From assembly GCA_021432655.1 (NCBI GenBank), contig MU271216.1, positions 124,001 through 149,741 on the forward strand: a stretch of 25,741 nt of DNA, in the 5' to 3' direction. The translations under genes were made by a program, and so were the position numbers. Source of the DNA: Atractiella rhizophila (Eukaryota). The notes below the pieces were generated by a model. The model saw only the letters and a program-made list of their open reading frames with translations. It was not told the origin of the DNA and did not search any database. This document shows positions 9,502 through 19,242 of the stretch, piece after piece. How positions within the stretch are numbered: position 1 is the stretch's first letter; each line of letters opens with the position of its first letter.

Positions 9502-12500
9502 TCAGGAGAGGGAGCCGACTGCTTCCCTGTACCGACCGTTCCAGGATTTTGGTATGTGTGTTCCTTCGTTTCCGCCTTCCCCTTCATTCGTGGCTGGTTC
9601 TAACTTCCCTCCAAGCTCGAATGGCGTTGCGGCGGCGTTGCAGTTTTTCATTTCGAACTTCTCCAGCAGGCGCTCTGTGTAAGCTTGTTGATCGATGGAG
9701 ATTCCATCGTTAGACTGTGTGATGCGAATGCCTAAGAACTGGTGAGCTCTTCCTTCGTCCTTGAGTTTGTAGTGTTTCTGAAGCGCTTCCTTCACAGCTG
9801 CTGCTTCCTCATCATCCTCGGCCATGATGAGGATGTCGTCGACATATAGTCCTACGAGTGCGTACTTTCCTGTTTTCCCATCTCGTCTCATGTAGATTGT
9901 GGCTTCTGACATGCTTTGTGTGAATCCTAGACTTCTCAATTTTTCATCGGCATCCCCGTTCCATACCCGTCCACTCTGGTGCAAGCCGTAGACACCTCTC
10001 GTCGCTTTTATCACCCAATCAGGGTGTTCTGGGTCTTCCCAACCTGGAGGTGGTCGAAGATAGACCGGTTTCTCAAGTTTACCATAAAGGTATGCCGTTG
10101 ATACATCTACCATGTGTACTGGCCACTTATTCTTTGCCGCAATAGATAGGATAAGGCGAAATGAGGGCATGGAGAGGACTGGGGAGAATGTCTCGTCGTA
10201 ATCAACACCTTCGCGCTGTGTGTACCCTTGTGCAACTACCCTTGCACGATATCTGACAGTTTCTCCCCCTGGACATAGCTTTTCCCTCAGCACCCATCGT
10301 GACCCAATCACATTCTCCCCCTTTGGCAGCGGTACCATCTCTCCAACGTCCTTTTCCCTCCACGACTCCCTTTCCTCGTCAAAGGCAGCTTGCCATTCGT
10401 CGGCATTCGGACCAGCAACGGCCTCTTCGTATGTCGGAGTGAGGTTGCGAGGGGAGGAGGCGACTGTGATGCGAGCTACTGCATCTGATAAGGGTGAGTT
10501 GCCGAAGTACTTTGCTCTATTGTCTTTCTGAGCTTCTGCAGGTGTGCGCCGTGTGCGCTGTGGGCGTTCTGGAGGCGGCAGCGGTTCTGTTTTCGCTTTC
10601 GACGGCCCTTCGGTGGGTTTCTCCCCCTCATTCGGTTGTTCTCTTGTTACGACTGGAATTGACGTTGTTTCGGGAACAGGAGGGTCCACTGGTTCGCTCG
10701 TTTGGACTTCAATAGGCTGTAGGAGTGTTGCGGGGTACGTTTCGTCGAATTGAACGTGTAGGTGCTTCGTTACTGATCCGTTCTTGGGATTATAGATCCT
10801 ATACGTTTTGCTCTCCCAATCATAACCGACCAACCTGCCCTCCGTCGATCGCGCGTCGAGTTTCTGTCGGTTTGGCTCAGGAGGGATCAGACTGTGAGTC
10901 CTACATCCCAATACTCGCAAGTGATCCACTGACGGTTTCTTACCGGTCCAGGCCTCGTACGGCGTCTTTCCTTCAAGGGCAGAGGTTGGGCGCCGGTTGA
11001 TGATGTGGATGGCGGCCATGGCGAGCTCTCCCCACAACTTCTTGGGGAGGTCGGATGTGTGTAACGTGGAGCGGATGAGGGCGGCGATTGTGAGATTGAG
11101 GCGTTCGGCAACGCCGTTCTGCTGGGGTGCGTAGGCAGCTGTGTGCTCGTGTTTGATGCCGTGCGACTTGAGGTATGTCTTGAACTCATTGCTTGTATAT
11201 TCGCCGCCGTTGTCTGATCTTATCGTTTTGATCTTCAGGCCAGTTTCGAGTTCGACTTTCGCTTTGAATTCCTTGAACGCGGAGAAGACATCGGATTTGT
11301 ACTTCAGTAAGTAAATCCACTTTCTTCTTGTTGCGTCGTCTGTAAAGCTGAGCCAGTATTCAGCTCCTCCGAACGATTTGACGGGCGCAGGACCCCATAC
11401 GTCGGTGTGGATCAGTTCGAGCTTCTCTGCGCGTTCGGTGGGGCCGGAGGGGAATGGGAGTTTGCGTTGTTTACCAAGGAGGCATCCGGTGCACGGTGAG
11501 TGGTGATCCTCATCTCCTATCTCTAGTCCTCTGACCATTCCCTTTTCTTGCAACAGCTTGAGGCTCCCGCTTCCGATGTGACCTAAACGACAGTGCCAGA
11601 CATGCGAGGAGACGGCTTTCGAGGCGGCGGTGAGGTTTGTGCTTGCTTCCTTTCCTTTTGGGAAGATTACTGATGCATCTAATCTTCTCAGACCGCCTTC
11701 TGGCACAATCTCCGCCACCACCGTTCCATCTCTCCTTACCACCTTCCCTCGCCTGTCCGCGGAGAACACGACCTCGAATCCTTTCAAGTTGAGTTTGTCG
11801 GTGGAGAGAAGGGCGCAATCGATTTCGGGATCATAGAGTACGTCGTTTATGCTGATTTCCCTCTGGATCCCTTCGACTTTCGTTAACACTTTGACAGTTC
11901 CAATGCCAATTGCCTGTGTGACGATACCGTGAGACGAGCGGATTCGGCGCGTGTGGGGCTTAAGCGAGGAGAACCAGTCGGCGTAGGGGACGATGTGGTC
12001 CGTGGCAGCGGAATCTGCGTAGATTCCCTCACGGTGAGTTCCTTCCCCTGTCACTGTATGAAAAGCTTCTGAAACTTTTGCTTCTCCAGGTTTCTCTCCT
12101 CCTTCCCGCTTCTTCTTCCGACAATCCCTCTCCCAGTGCCCTTCGATGCCACAGTAGTGGCACTTTCCTTTCTTCTTTTCGGTTTTCGCCTTTCCACCAC
12201 TTGATTTGGTAAAGTTCCTTCCTCCTCCTCTTCCAGTTCGAGTAACTAATGCTTCGGAGGTAGATTTCGATTCCGGATTCCTACGGTCCGCTTCGAGCAG
12301 GAGACGGGAGGCGACATATGAGGATGTGAAGTCAGAGGTGGCGACGGCGTTGAAGGAGGAGACAACCTCGATCCATGATTGTGGGAGCGAGATGAGGAGG
12401 AGCATGGCGATATCGTCATCGTCAGTCTTGTCCCCCATTGCTTTCAACTCCTGTCCCATTGTTCTGATTCTGTTTACATGCTCCCGCATAGATTCTCCTT

Positions 12501-12924
12501 CGACATAACGCGCCGTGTAAAGCTTCTGGCGGAGCAGTACACGCGCTTGTCGGTCCTGGGTCTGGTACAGCTCCTTGAGCTTATCCCAGACCTCTTTCGG
12601 CTTCTCCACGTCGATGTCGCGGATGTCGGTAAGTACGTGATCCTTACATGCTTCGATAATGATCGAGTAGGCTAGGTACGCTCGCTTTGTCCAATCCCTC
12701 TGCGACGCTTCGATTGTGTCGACCCTCGCGACATTCTCCGGTTTCGCAGCCTCCGCTCCCTCGAGACTCGCCGGCTTGGGATCCGTTCCTGCAACGATCC
12801 CCCAGCAGTTCCTTCCGAGGAGCTTAGCCTGGACTCGAAAGTACCAGGTATGGTAATTCTCCCGCCCTTCGAGTTTCGCGATAGTCGATGCAGCAATGAA
12901 CGATGTGTCATTACCTTCAGACAT
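9502..12924 (-). CDS. Copia B gag-pol polyprotein (Gag, CCHC knuckle, protease, integrase, RT), truncated before RNase H
   Basis: Uninterrupted 1140 aa: KLEGRENYHTW (Gag N-terminus), CHYCGIEGHWERDC, YADSAATDH (protease), WHCRLGH...CTGC, IHTDVWGP / RSDNGGEY / QNGVAER (DDE integrase), KLDARS, RYRARVVAQGYTQREGVDYDETFSP, LYVDD. Ends at YREAVGSL. Confidence 0.96.
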   Translation of the reverse strand: MSEGNDTSFIAASTIAKLEGRENYHTWYFRVQAKLLGRNCWGIVAGTDPKPASLEGAEAAKPENVARVDTIEASQRDWTKRAYLAYSIIIEACKDHVLTDIRDIDVEKPKEVWDKLKELYQTQDRQARVLLRQKLYTARYVEGESMREHVNRIRTMGQELKAMGDKTDDDDIAMLLLISLPQSWIEVVSSFNAVATSDFTSSYVASRLLLEADRRNPESKSTSEALVTRTGRGGGRNFTKSSGGKAKTEKKKGKCHYCGIEGHWERDCRKKKREGGEKPGEAKVSEAFHTVTGEGTHREGIYADSAATDHIVPYADWFSSLKPHTRRIRSSHGIVTQAIGIGTVKVLTKVEGIQREISINDVLYDPEIDCALLSTDKLNLKGFEVVFSADRRGKVVRRDGTVVAEIVPEGGLRRLDASVIFPKGKEASTNLTAASKAVSSHVWHCRLGHIGSGSLKLLQEKGMVRGLEIGDEDHHSPCTGCLLGKQRKLPFPSGPTERAEKLELIHTDVWGPAPVKSFGGAEYWLSFTDDATRRKWIYLLKYKSDVFSAFKEFKAKVELETGLKIKTIRSDNGGEYTSNEFKTYLKSHGIKHEHTAAYAPQQNGVAERLNLTIAALIRSTLHTSDLPKKLWGELAMAAIHIINRRPTSALEGKTPYEAWTGKKPSVDHLRVLGCRTHSLIPPEPNRQKLDARSTEGRLVGYDWESKTYRIYNPKNGSVTKHLHVQFDETYPATLLQPIEVQTSEPVDPPVPETTSIPVVTREQPNEGEKPTEGPSKAKTEPLPPPERPQRTRRTPAEAQKDNRAKYFGNSPLSDAVARITVASSPRNLTPTYEEAVAGPNADEWQAAFDEERESWREKDVGEMVPLPKGENVIGSRWVLREKLCPGGETVRYRARVVAQGYTQREGVDYDETFSPVLSMPSFRLILSIAAKNKWPVHMVDVSTAYLYGKLEKPVYLRPPPGWEDPEHPDWVIKATRGVYGLHQSGRVWNGDADEKLRSLGFTQSMSEATIYMRRDGKTGKYALVGLYVDDILIMAEDDEEAAAVKEALQKHYKLKDEGRAHQFLGIRITQSNDGISIDQQAYTERLLEKFEMKNCNAAATPFELGGKLEPATNEGEGGNEGTHIPKSWNGRYREAVGSLS

Positions 12925-12969
12925 CCTGGGCTCGTGAAGCGACGGAGAACTTGGCTAGATATGAACGTA

Positions 12970-12982
12970 GCTCTCGCTACCA
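12970..12982 (-). other. Primer binding site of Copia B (probably initiator tRNA-Met)
   Basis: Minus-strand TGGTAGCGAGAGC, 2 nt after the LTR B end. TGGTAGC is complementary to the ...GCUACCA 3' end typical of initiator tRNA-Met. Confidence 0.8.
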
Positions 12983-12984
12983 AT

Positions 12985-13238
12985 TGACAAATGTGCGAGT
13001 GCTGCGAAGTGCGAGATAACAAATAAGTGTGTGTTGCATTTAGTATGTAAGGGAACTACATTACCTGCGAAGTGCAAGATAACAAATAAGTGTGAGTCTC
13101 GCACTTGCAGGTGAAAGGCTTTTATAGCTAAGATCCCTGTGGCAAAAGAGAAGTTGCCACAGTTCCAAAACACGCTCGACGAAAGTGGAAACGCGCAAGT
13201 GCGCAAGTGGCGAAAGGAGGAGGCGTACGATTTTGTCA
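12985..13238 (-). repeat. Copia family B 5' LTR (254 bp; partner LTR absent)
   Basis: Bounded by the 7-bp inverted termini TGACAAA...TTTGTCA, followed by PBS and gag ATG. TATAAAA on minus at ~13120-13126. Internal 30-bp repeat at 13002-13031 and 13065-13094. Confidence 0.82.
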
Positions 13239-13242
13239 ATAC

Positions 13243-13366
13243 CTACGAGCAGTTGGTGGTCAATAATGAGCACCAACACTCCTAGGCAGAACTAAACTAC
13301 AGACATAGAGATGACTCATAAGAGTCACAAGAGGCAGATGACCAAAACAACACACTACAACTAACA
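13243..13366 (-). repeat. Copia family A 5' LTR, missing about 25 bp of its U5 end where LTR B abuts
   Basis: Homologous to 7236-7355; ends CTAACA, followed by CCTAG. Confidence 0.88.
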
Positions 13367-13371
13367 CCTAG

Positions 13372-16300
13372 TAACTCTGATCTGTAGGTCTTCACTTCTC
13401 ATTCACCAATTTGTTTTGATGGTATCAAGCATTAATTTGTCTGTACTCTCATATGTATGGAACAATCTGTTAACTCTCCAAATGTTCACTTCATTGGGTC
13501 GGAAAGGGACATCGTTGGAAGGATTTGCCAGAGGAAGTAAGGTCACCACTCAAGCAAGAACTTCTCTTTGCACCCTCAGACTACGTGAAAAGCCTAACCC
13601 CGCCACCATCATTGACGCTCCAACAACTCTATGACCTGCCTCTGCCTCCCAGATCTGGTACCCAGCTCATCTACCAGCCACTCCCCCAAACTTTATCCCT
13701 GCAAGCCACAACTATATGCACAACAATTTCTTCCTCCATATCCTACCAACAATGGGACCTGGTGGGAGAATTTGTAGCAAGAAGCTCTGCAGTCATGTCT
13801 GGATGGAGCGATGTCTATCAGCATACCTGGATCTCCTCTATGCTTCCTAGTCTGGATGCTTGATATCTGGCGGCGATGGCAGTACTCAGCCGGTTATTTC
13901 CAAGTTTGCGATAAGTTCAGGAATATCACGCAATGGAGGGATACACAACTAGATCAGCGGCAGAGGGAAGTGCTTGACAAGATACTTCTATCACCAGCTT
14001 GAAATGAGACTGGTTGGCCTTCAAGATAAGTGATCATCCATTTGATGCCTTTCAACTTTGTAGGACTCTAGCATAAGAGTGGTATTCAGATGCCAATCTT
14101 GACTTTCTGCTTGAAGCCTTCTCCAGGGCATTTCTTCATACCAATCCTGCTATGGCTGCCTTTTCTATTGCTTCTTGTTCTCTTTGGACCCATATCTTTG
14201 ACTCTTATCGTTTTGGCCGGGGATTTTATCAGTCACTTTCAGACCATTATGGCAATCTATTGACAAGCGTGTACATTGTTATCATTCCCAGTTAATCAAC
14301 AATTGTAATCTGCATTGGATCCATTGCAGTATCAATTCACCACACTATTTTTTATAGAAATTCAATGGGTATTAATCCTTCAGATAGATACGTTAAAGAT
14401 TCTGTTCAAGCTATACAGTTCAGTTTCTACCTTTTACCTTTATAGCTAATTTTAATGCTCTGGTTATTTCTCGCCAATCTCTTCAAAATACTTATTCTTG
14501 TGGACCATTTGTCATGAATTCAATTTTACCTTTTCTCCCCCAACAACTTTCCAATAATTCAAGAGCAAGAACGGAACATGTGGCGTTTGCAACTTACTCG
14601 TATGCTGTTGCACTTCACTGGACCTGTAAGTGATTCCTGCAGTCGTTTGCAAAATAATTTTGATGGAGTAGAGATCAAATGAAGAAAATTATCCAGATTG
14701 AAAGAAGTAAGTGGCTACTCAACTGTCATGCCTATGACATCACACAAGGTCCCCCGCACTTCATGTTCCACCCGGATTACATTGAAGTGACTCCTCCCAT
14801 GAATGTTGACCACCAGTCTTTTCACTTTGCCTTCTGCCTAGTCCTCCGCACGATTCTTTCAGTATGTTACTTGCGGCTTGCCTTCAAGGCTAGGTTGACG
14901 ATTCAGCCATTTTCGATGATGTAGATGAAGAGGGGACAGTTTTATCAGATGAAAACCAACACATCTTGCTACTGGCATCAACTCCAGAAGGTCATACCAC
15001 TCCACCTTTACAAAATGCTTACAACTTGCTCCAGCTTTCTTCTTCTGTTCAATTGGCATTGCTAAAAAAGAACAAGGCTCTGACAGTAGAAAAGGTGATA
15101 TCAACTCCCCCAAAATCAGTCCGGAACTCCATCTCAGCAGAAAACAACATGTTGCCAGTGAAGAAGTGCTCTGACTTTCGAGGTTTTCAAGAAAGGATAT
15201 GGAATCTTGATCCTGAGGCAACGTCTACGAATGAAGGTGGAGGAATATGCTGCAGTTGCTGCAATCGTGTCGTTATCGTCCAAAAGATTGGGGCCACAGC
15301 ACAATTCTGACAGCATCGTACAAAGAAGCTTTGTACTGAAGGTCCAAAGTCCCTCGAGAGATGAGATGGTGCTTAGGATAATACTCGAATACATTCCTTC
15401 TTTTCTCAGCTTCACTCCATGGCTGATAAGTCCACAAATGTAGTTTCAAAAAGCAGAATGTTCTGACCCCTGTCCTGGTCTGGCATCAAAGGACATCCCA
15501 CAATTGACAACTTACCTGAACGGAACAAGTGTTGTGAGTGGCGGTAATCCATCGATCACAAAGCTTTCTCAAGCCTTGTTTAGAAAAAAGTACAGCGATC
15601 TCACGAACTCGCAATAAAACCGAATCAAAGTTCGCGCAACACAACTGTTCCCATGGCACAACTTCCATGATCTACAAATTGTCTATGCAGCTGCCTGTAG
15701 CAAAGTAATGACGAGATTCTTGTCCAAGGGAGAACCTTTACCACGGGTAGCCTGCTTCAAGATCCAATGGGATCCAATCTTCCTCCATCAAGTATCAGTC
15801 AAGCTTCCCAAGTGTGAAAAGCGCAAGTTTACGCAGAAAGTCTACTGTAGCAACAAGCTGAACAAGATCTATTGCTACCATGCCGATCTTGAGGAGATGC
15901 TTTCTATCCATCTTGTTTTTATGTTAAAAGCAAAGCTGATGAAAATTCAGGATCCCACTGATCCCTTCCTTACAATGGCTCGTCGTGCATCAAAAGGCCA
16001 CTTCCAAGATAGAAAGCTGTTCATTGGTTTAATCAAAGTGATGCTCCTTAAAGAAGACCAAGAACATAGCGGGAAACAGCTCAAAGGAGCCATGAAATAC
16101 AGCGCAGAGTTCGATCAGTTCTGTCATCTTCTAGTTGTCAGCTCCCCCCCATGCATATTGGATCATCAGACATAGTTTCGCTGGACGTCATGAAAGAAGC
16201 TTTAGGTATATTTGAGCTTCAAGTCTATCAAATATTAAGCAAGGGTTAGAGCTATACGTGCAAAAGACGAACGTTTCCAGCTAGGAATCATGGAGCAGAA

Positions 16301-19050
16301 CTTCAAGATGGTGAGACAACATTTGAAGAAGCTGGACTACAACAGTCCCCTGGGAGTCTCTGTGGATGACACCGAGTGCCATCCTGACATATGACCATGG
16401 AGTGATGTTGTGGGAAAGAAGGGGGTCAGGTATTTCGTTGGAGGAGTTGGAGAGCCAAAGGAATTTATGGCGGCGACCCTTGAGCAGGTGCTCAAAGAGG
16501 CCCATGATGGAGGGTTGGCAACCAAGGTCTTTACTGGATCCCTCTCCAAGTAGTTCTGATGGTTCACTACTATAGACTCATCTCTACCCGCTTAATATAC
16601 CCCTTCCGGATATCCCACCCATCTTTCTTGCGTTTCTGCCAATCTCATCGAAAACCACTTCCACCGCTCTTACAAGTCTTCAAACCAAACTTTTTGAATT
16701 CATTGCCAAGTATCGTTTTCGTGTAATCTCATACTGCTCGGATGGAACAGAATATGAGTGTCAAGCGCAGCACAGATTCCATTCTTTGTACCCACCTGCT
16801 CGATTCAGCATCTCGGCACCGTTCATTCCAGGGCCACAGAAAGAACTCACATTCGAGGCTACACATCATGATGCTGAAGGAATACTCCCCCGCTGTCAAG
16901 CTTCAGAACCCCAAACATGCCACCAAAACTGCCTGCAATAACTGTATGACAGGCATTTCACATTCTCGCATTAGGAGACCAGCTCCACGACATTGCCTTT
17001 TCAGACGTTAACCAAGGGCCGTTGCTACATCAGGATGTTGAAAGAAGCGACCGTCAAGATGATCATGCAGCTACTCAAGTTTTCTCTGCTCCTCTTCTAG
17101 AACACCTGGTACAAACCCACTCTGAAGGGTTAGGCCTCATTGTTTATACCTTCATCCATGGACAACTGCGAGATGCATGGGAGAACCGGTGCTTACTGTT
17201 GGTCAAGCGTATTGAAATGGTGCTAAGAGGAAAGTTCTTGCTTGCCGGTTGGAAGCACTTTGTGGACCGTCATCATCTTTACTCCGTCTCCTGCCAGTTT
17301 ATCTCTCGTGAGCCTATGACATTATCAACATTGAAGCTGATAGCTTGGTCATGCTCATCTTTATCTATCGCCAATTCTTTCCAGATTATCCTCTTCTCCC
17401 ATGGCGACTGACAACCGAAACGAACGAGCGTGTTTTCACTGGAATGCGCATGATTGTCGAGACATTTGGCGCTGTTGATGCCCTCCTCATGATTCCGAAG
17501 CTTTGAGTTCTGCTGGCGGGTGCCTTTCACAATTTGTTGACCAAAGATAATGCTGCCACAGGAGCTGCTGGCTACCATCACACTTATGTCAATTCAAAAG
17601 ATAAGATATTGACCTTGCTGCCCGTGCTCAATATCCTACCAATGTTGAACTTGAGAGGTGCACTAAAGCTGCCTACAAAGGCGCACAGTCCCTTCTAAGA
17701 GCAGTTGGAATGGTTGTTCTTCCAGGCACCAATGAGCGTAGAGTGGGGCAGCTTCAGATTATCTTCGTGATGCGGAAATGGATATTGATTGCCAGGATGA
17801 GACTGATTACGGAGAAGATTAATAGCCAGCAGGAAGTCATGTGCAGGCACAATTGGAATTGAAAGAGGTGTTACTCTGAGCAGAGGATTATCTATTGGTG
17901 CGTGAGAGGTATCAAGATCAGGATCAAAGCAAAACAGTCTAGCCCTCTCGCTTGGTGCAGTATCCAGTCTTGTTACCCAAGAGAATTTAATGTACGTACT
18001 CCCTTATGGCTACTTGAGAGACATTCTGATAAACGTATATAGCAATGATCTTACACCAGAGTCTGACGAAGACCTTCAACCTTCAACATTTGTGCAAAAC
18101 GATAAAGCAACACTTATGAGCAGCAATGCATTCAGACTGTATATGCCTCCCTCTCAAGTTTCTCAAGGATGTTAATGGCTAAGTCAGGCTAATGCAGCTA
18201 TGGCAACCATATCCTTCACAACCTTCCTTGGAAAATCAGGATGCACTCGATCTTAATCGTCTCGTCAGCTTGCGAAGGAAACATCAGTCACCAGAGATGC
18301 TCAAAGCTGTCCGAGTTGTCGTACCAAAATGTCCTTCCTCAGCCAAATTGTTCCAGCATACTGAAATCCATATCTTCATGTCAATGGAATCCTTGCTGCT
18401 CGCTTGGCCGCCATTCTGCCACAGCCAGAGGCAATGTTTTAAGACCGAACTCAAACAGTCTCTTCAGGACTTGACAGGTCTGTTTGATGGGGAGGGAAAG
18501 GTACCGGAAAAGTTGATGTTGTGACTTGTAATCAAGCTCCGGTTTCAAGCAGGGTAAGTTCGTTTCGAAATAACTGGCCACAATGAGGCATACTGATTTG
18601 GAGTGTAGCTGTCCCTCTGAGCAAAATCTTTCCAGAGCCTCCCCGACACGTTGAGGAAAGGACTAAGCTATGGCAACGTTACAGCCGATTATCCTTTGTG
18701 CTCAGGTTCTCTTGTCCTCTTCTATTTCTAAGTCGATCGTGCATTTCACACCGGAGAAGGTTCATCTTCTTGTTATTCTCTGACAGAGGTCTGAAATCTA
18801 GGTATCTAGTTATCACAATGTACATGTGGGTGCCCAAAACTACCGATGCCATGGTACTTTCCTACGTCGTTGTCAGGGTCTTTTCCCCCTCAGTGCAGAG
18901 CTTGGAATTTTCTGCACCAAATCACCACCATCCTTTCACTCCTCTTTTCTCCACATTCCCGCTGCACAGGTCATCAGTTCTTTGGACCACTTTGGTGTTC
19001 CACCTTTCCGCCAGGACAAGCTGATGGGCGGGCAAGACTCATTGGAACAG
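13372..19050 (+). mobile_element. Heavily decayed large gene: Ulp1/C48 peptidase, zinc finger and P-element/THAP9-like DDE transposase (putative DNA transposon)
   Basis: Transposase-like motifs in order: LGVSVDDT (DDT at 16365-16373), VISYCSDGTE (SD at 16738-16743), QNPKHATKTACNN (16904-16942, matching DxxHxxKxxRN with D>N and R>C), DVERSDRQDDHAATQVFS (~17049), PLLPWRLTTETNERVFTGMR (17400-17450). Zinc finger ICCSCC...F*QHRTKKLC (~15245-15335). Many stops, frameshifts and probable introns. Ends approximate; no TIRs found. Confidence 0.68.
14060..14530 (+). pseudogene. Ulp1/SENP-like (C48) cysteine peptidase domain within the large decayed gene
   Basis: EWYSDANLDFLL (14077-), NLHWIHC (His at 14313), FYRNSMG (14359; the usual DS position), LQNTYSCGPFVMN (Gln 14484, Cys 14499). 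Order and spacing fit the C48 His-Asp-Cys triad with its oxyanion Gln. Confidence 0.75.
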
Positions 19051-19242
19051 GATTAACTCGACGTCGGCACTTTGAAGGTTTTATGTCCACCCTTTGTTCT
19101 ATTGCTAACTTTCTTTGCTGAAAAATTACTCACCAATAGCAGTGATATTGCCCTGATATCAAAACGACCACCACGGAAAAAATCTGTCCACCTAACTCCA
19201 CCAAAACACCACCAGTAATCCCCACAATTCCACCCAACCCAG

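Larger units (their letters stand above)
7212..13366 (-). mobile_element. Composite (nested and internally deleted) Ty1/Copia LTR retrotransposon
   Basis: Family-A LTRs at both ends. Probable 5-bp TSD TCTAG (7207-7211) / CCTAG (13367-13371), one mismatch. Inside: a family-B LTR, PBS and gag-pol joined to family-A RT-RNaseH and PPT. Domain order PR-IN-RT-RH is that of Copia. Confidence 0.92.

Noticed and set aside
9381..9587. Programmed frameshift or readthrough giving a functional double-RT polyprotein
   Set aside because: It would need a frameshift at ~9505 and readthrough of the TGA at 9381; no slippery site is evident. A rearrangement junction is simpler.
13372..19050. KDZ (Kyakuja/Dileera/Zisupton) or Plavaka transposase, suggested by the Ulp1 domain
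   Set aside because: I saw no CxC domain or KDZ-type CxH/GE motifs; the DxxHxxKxxRN-like and ExxFxxxR motifs fit the P/THAP9 type better. Not excluded without a profile search.
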